53,003 nucleotides of DNA from Bacillales bacterium (GTDB lineage: Bacteria > Bacillota_I > Bacilli_A > RFN20 > CAG-826). Positions 51,206 through 53,003 of this stretch are shown piece by piece. The notes under the pieces were generated by a model that was given only the letters and a program-made list of their open reading frames with translations, was not told the origin of the DNA and did no database searches. Location of the stretch: the NCBI GenBank assembly GCA_016287465.1, contig JAEEWP010000001.1:1-53003 (forward strand), given 5' to 3'. The first letter of the stretch is position 1; each line of letters starts with the position of its first letter. A program made the position numbers and the translations under genes.

Positions 51206-51961
51206 TTATTCTCCTTTTATTTCATAAGGGGCAGTCCAATCGATGCCCGCTTTAAGAAGCAATTGGCGTTTCTTGATGTTGTAGTTCTCAAGAGTGAACT
51301 CCTCTTGATGAGAGGCGAAATGCTCTCTGAGAGCAATATTAACCCCATCGATGATTTTTGGGAATAGAGGGTTGCTCTCAATCGGATCATGGACGATGGA
51401 CGGTTTCTCTTTCTCAAGGGCGAAGAGCCTTTTCCCCTCCTCCAAGCCGAACATCATGATGAGGGATTCATAGGTTGGGAAGAGATTCGCTCTTTCTTCT
51501 TCTGGATATCTATAGACAAGGCGGATTTCTCTTTCTTTGGCGAATATGGCGTCTTTTGCATCCTGAGTTTGGAAAGCATAATAAGCCGCTTCGTCATAGC
51601 ACTCTCTTTCCTTGTCGACATCCTCAAGGTAATCAAAGGCTTCGGCTAATTTGAGATATGAGATACGTAATTCTTCCTTGCTGAAGGTTTCTTTTCTGGT
51701 TTGGAGGAGCTTATACGCCTCATTAGCGGCATCTCTCCCCTTCCATGGCTCTTCGGCGTTGTTGACCGAGTGGAAATAAAGGAGATCGATAGCGACGAGT
51801 TCGCCAAAGGATTCGATCTTGCCCTCTTTGAGGAGTTGCTCCCTGAAAGAGAGAACGAACTGGGAAAGGTCCTTCCTCTTGTCTTTCATGACCTTCTCAA
51901 AGAGATATTCGTATGAGGATTTGATTTCCTCTTCTGTGCTGGTTTTAGGGTTCTTCTTCAT
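51206..51961 (-). CDS. hypothetical cytoplasmic, probably alpha-helical protein
   Basis: 251-aa ORF, charged and helical in character. No family recognised. Confidence 0.65.
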   Translation of the reverse strand: MKKNPKTSTEEEIKSSYEYLFEKVMKDKRKDLSQFVLSFREQLLKEGKIESFGELVAIDLLYFHSVNNAEEPWKGRDAANEAYKLLQTRKETFSKEELRISYLKLAEAFDYLEDVDKERECYDEAAYYAFQTQDAKDAIFAKEREIRLVYRYPEEERANLFPTYESLIMMFGLEEGKRLFALEKEKPSIVHDPIESNPLFPKIIDGVNIALREHFASHQEEFTLENYNIKKRQLLLKAGIDWTAPYEIKGE

Positions 51962-52071
51962 AATTTCGCCTTAAATAGTATCGGTTTTCGATTCTTTCAT
52001 TGCAAGTTTCATGTTATCATGAAAAAGACAAACGAACGCTATTTAATCGGTAAGTTTTTACGCTAAATGGC

Positions 52072-52115
52072 TTTACAAAGAATCGGTTCTTGCTAAAATT
52101 GAGAACGGTTCTCAA
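52072..52115 (+). promoter_or_regulatory. promoter of the Fur-family gene with an overlapping 8-1-8 palindromic operator
   Basis: TTTACA, 16 nt, TAAAAT (52094..52099), then the perfect palindrome TTGAGAAC-G-GTTCTCAA (52099..52115). A related half-site CGGTTCT lies in the spacer. Confidence 0.5.
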
Positions 52116-52137
52116 ATTCGTTGTATTGGAGGCCTAT

Positions 52138-52563
52138 ATGACTACCAGAGCAAAATACAGCACGAAACAAAAAGAGATCCTCCTCGAGTTCTTTAAGCAG
52201 AATCCTGGCGTTCACCTTACCGCCGGCGATGTCGTTAACCACCTTAAGAACGAAGGGGCGAATATTGGGCAAGCCACCATTTACCGTAACTTAGAGAGTT
52301 TGGTCAGTGACGGCGTCATCGCCAAATTCAAGATCGATGATGATAGCCCTGCTTGTTTCGAATACATCTCTCCTGATGAGCATATGGGCGATGAAGAGGA
52401 CTGCTACCACTGCAAATGCTCTAGTTGCGGCAAGATCATCCATGTTAGCTGCGAGGATGTGAAAGCCCTGCAAGAACACTTCATGGAAGAGCACGGTTTC
52501 AAGATCGACCTCAAGAGGACGGTCTTCTACGGGCTCTGCGGCGACTGTTCTTCATCAAAGTAA
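52138..52563 (+). CDS. Fur-family metalloregulator (Zur-like by context)
   Basis: Start taken at MTTRAKYSTKQKEIL (GGAGG RBS). DNA-binding helix GQATIYRNLESL. Cys motifs CYHCKCSSCG and GLCGDC. It lies directly upstream of a ZnuA-like gene. Confidence 0.85.
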   Translation: MTTRAKYSTKQKEILLEFFKQNPGVHLTAGDVVNHLKNEGANIGQATIYRNLESLVSDGVIAKFKIDDDSPACFEYISPDEHMGDEEDCYHCKCSSCGKIIHVSCEDVKALQEHFMEEHGFKIDLKRTVFYGLCGDCSSSK

Positions 52564-52615
52564 CTTAAACCAATGCATTGAGTTTCTCTGAACCCTGAAC
52601 CTTAGAGGAACCACA

Positions 52616-53003
52616 ATGAAAAAATCTTTACCTATACTCCTTGCGTCTTTTCTTATGGGCGCAGGGCTTTCCGCTTGCTCAGCACCAAGCTTAAATAACG
52701 ACAAACTCGAAATCGTCACCACCATCTTCCCAGAATACGACTGGACGAGAGAAATCCTTGGCAAAAACCCAGCGAATGCCGAAGTCACCATGCTTCTCGA
52801 TAACGGCGTCGACCTCCATAGCTACCAGCCAACCGCGAAGGACCTCATTAAGATCTCCGACTGCGATCTTTTCATCTATGTCGGAGGCGAATCCGATGAA
52901 TGGGTTGAAAGAGCCTTAGAGCAAAGCACCAACAAAGACATGGTCGTCATTAACCTCCTTGAATCCCTTGGTGACAAAGTCAAAGAAGAGGAAGTCAAAG
53001 AAG
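52616..53003 (+). CDS. metal (zinc-type) ABC transporter substrate-binding lipoprotein, ZnuA/AdcA family, N-terminal part
   Basis: Hand translation MKKSLPILLASFLMGAGLSACSAP...IVTTIFPEYDWTREILG...DLHSYQPTAKDL...FIYVGGESDEW. Lipobox LSAC. The frame is open to the window end. Confidence 0.8.
   Translation, partial: MKKSLPILLASFLMGAGLSACSAPSLNNDKLEIVTTIFPEYDWTREILGKNPANAEVTMLLDNGVDLHSYQPTAKDLIKISDCDLFIYVGGESDEWVERALEQSTNKDMVVINLLESLGDKVKEEEVKE

Noticed and set aside
1-53003. Mobile elements, prophage, CRISPR arrays, rRNA operons.
   Set aside because: I found no transposase, integrase or recombinase motifs in any ORF of the track, no terminal inverted repeats or long direct repeats, no regularly spaced short repeats, and no rRNA-like sequence.

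Overview
53-kb chromosomal segment that looks like a reduced, lipoprotein-rich Bacillota genome (Acholeplasma/RF39/Erysipelotrichia-like; this taxonomic guess is low confidence). The standard genetic code applies. TGA is used as a stop (e.g. 40405-40407 and the ylxR stop), and all conserved genes are intact under code 11. I support about 65 CDS, mostly on the minus strand, plus two stand-alone tRNA genes (Cys-GCA, Thr-GGU), each with a near-consensus promoter and its own terminator.

Housekeeping blocks:
- rimP-nusA-ylxR-ylxQ-infB-rbfA
- potABCD
- a PFK with PPi-type motifs
- rimO, galT-galM and an Fe-ADH
- cysE with an Isf-like flavoprotein
- a guaD / small membrane protein / degV operon
- a Fur-family repressor with the start of a ZnuA-like zinc-uptake gene

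Accessory content:
- at least 14 predicted lipoproteins, including a tandem array of four paralogues and a second paralogue pair
- a Vat-type streptogramin acetyltransferase next to tRNA-Cys
- a DinJ/YafQ toxin-antitoxin pair
- a GGDEF cyclase
- a PadR / membrane protein / GNAT / CPBP operon
- a MATE pump
- two zinc-ribbon membrane-protein modules

I saw no IS element, integrase, prophage, CRISPR array or rRNA.

The best candidate for an undescribed system is 13.4-18.9 kb. A translationally coupled DUF4956 membrane protein and VTC-like triphosphate-tunnel (polyphosphate-polymerase-domain) protein lie with a PP-loop ATPase fusion. An HExxH-less YugP homologue and a lipoprotein-anchored CotH-family kinase sit convergent to them.

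Other leads:
- the four-gene lipoprotein paralogue array
- an intrinsic terminator directly in front of the guaD RBS (attenuator/riboswitch candidate)
- an in-frame TAA that cuts off a Ser/Glu tail kept by the neighbouring paralogue
- a frameshifted paralogue of a membrane-protein module
- an SD-hairpin-ATG arrangement
- a T-tract-rich divergent promoter region
- a 17-bp Fur-type palindrome on the zur-like promoter

Every homology call comes from reading motifs by eye. No database search was run.
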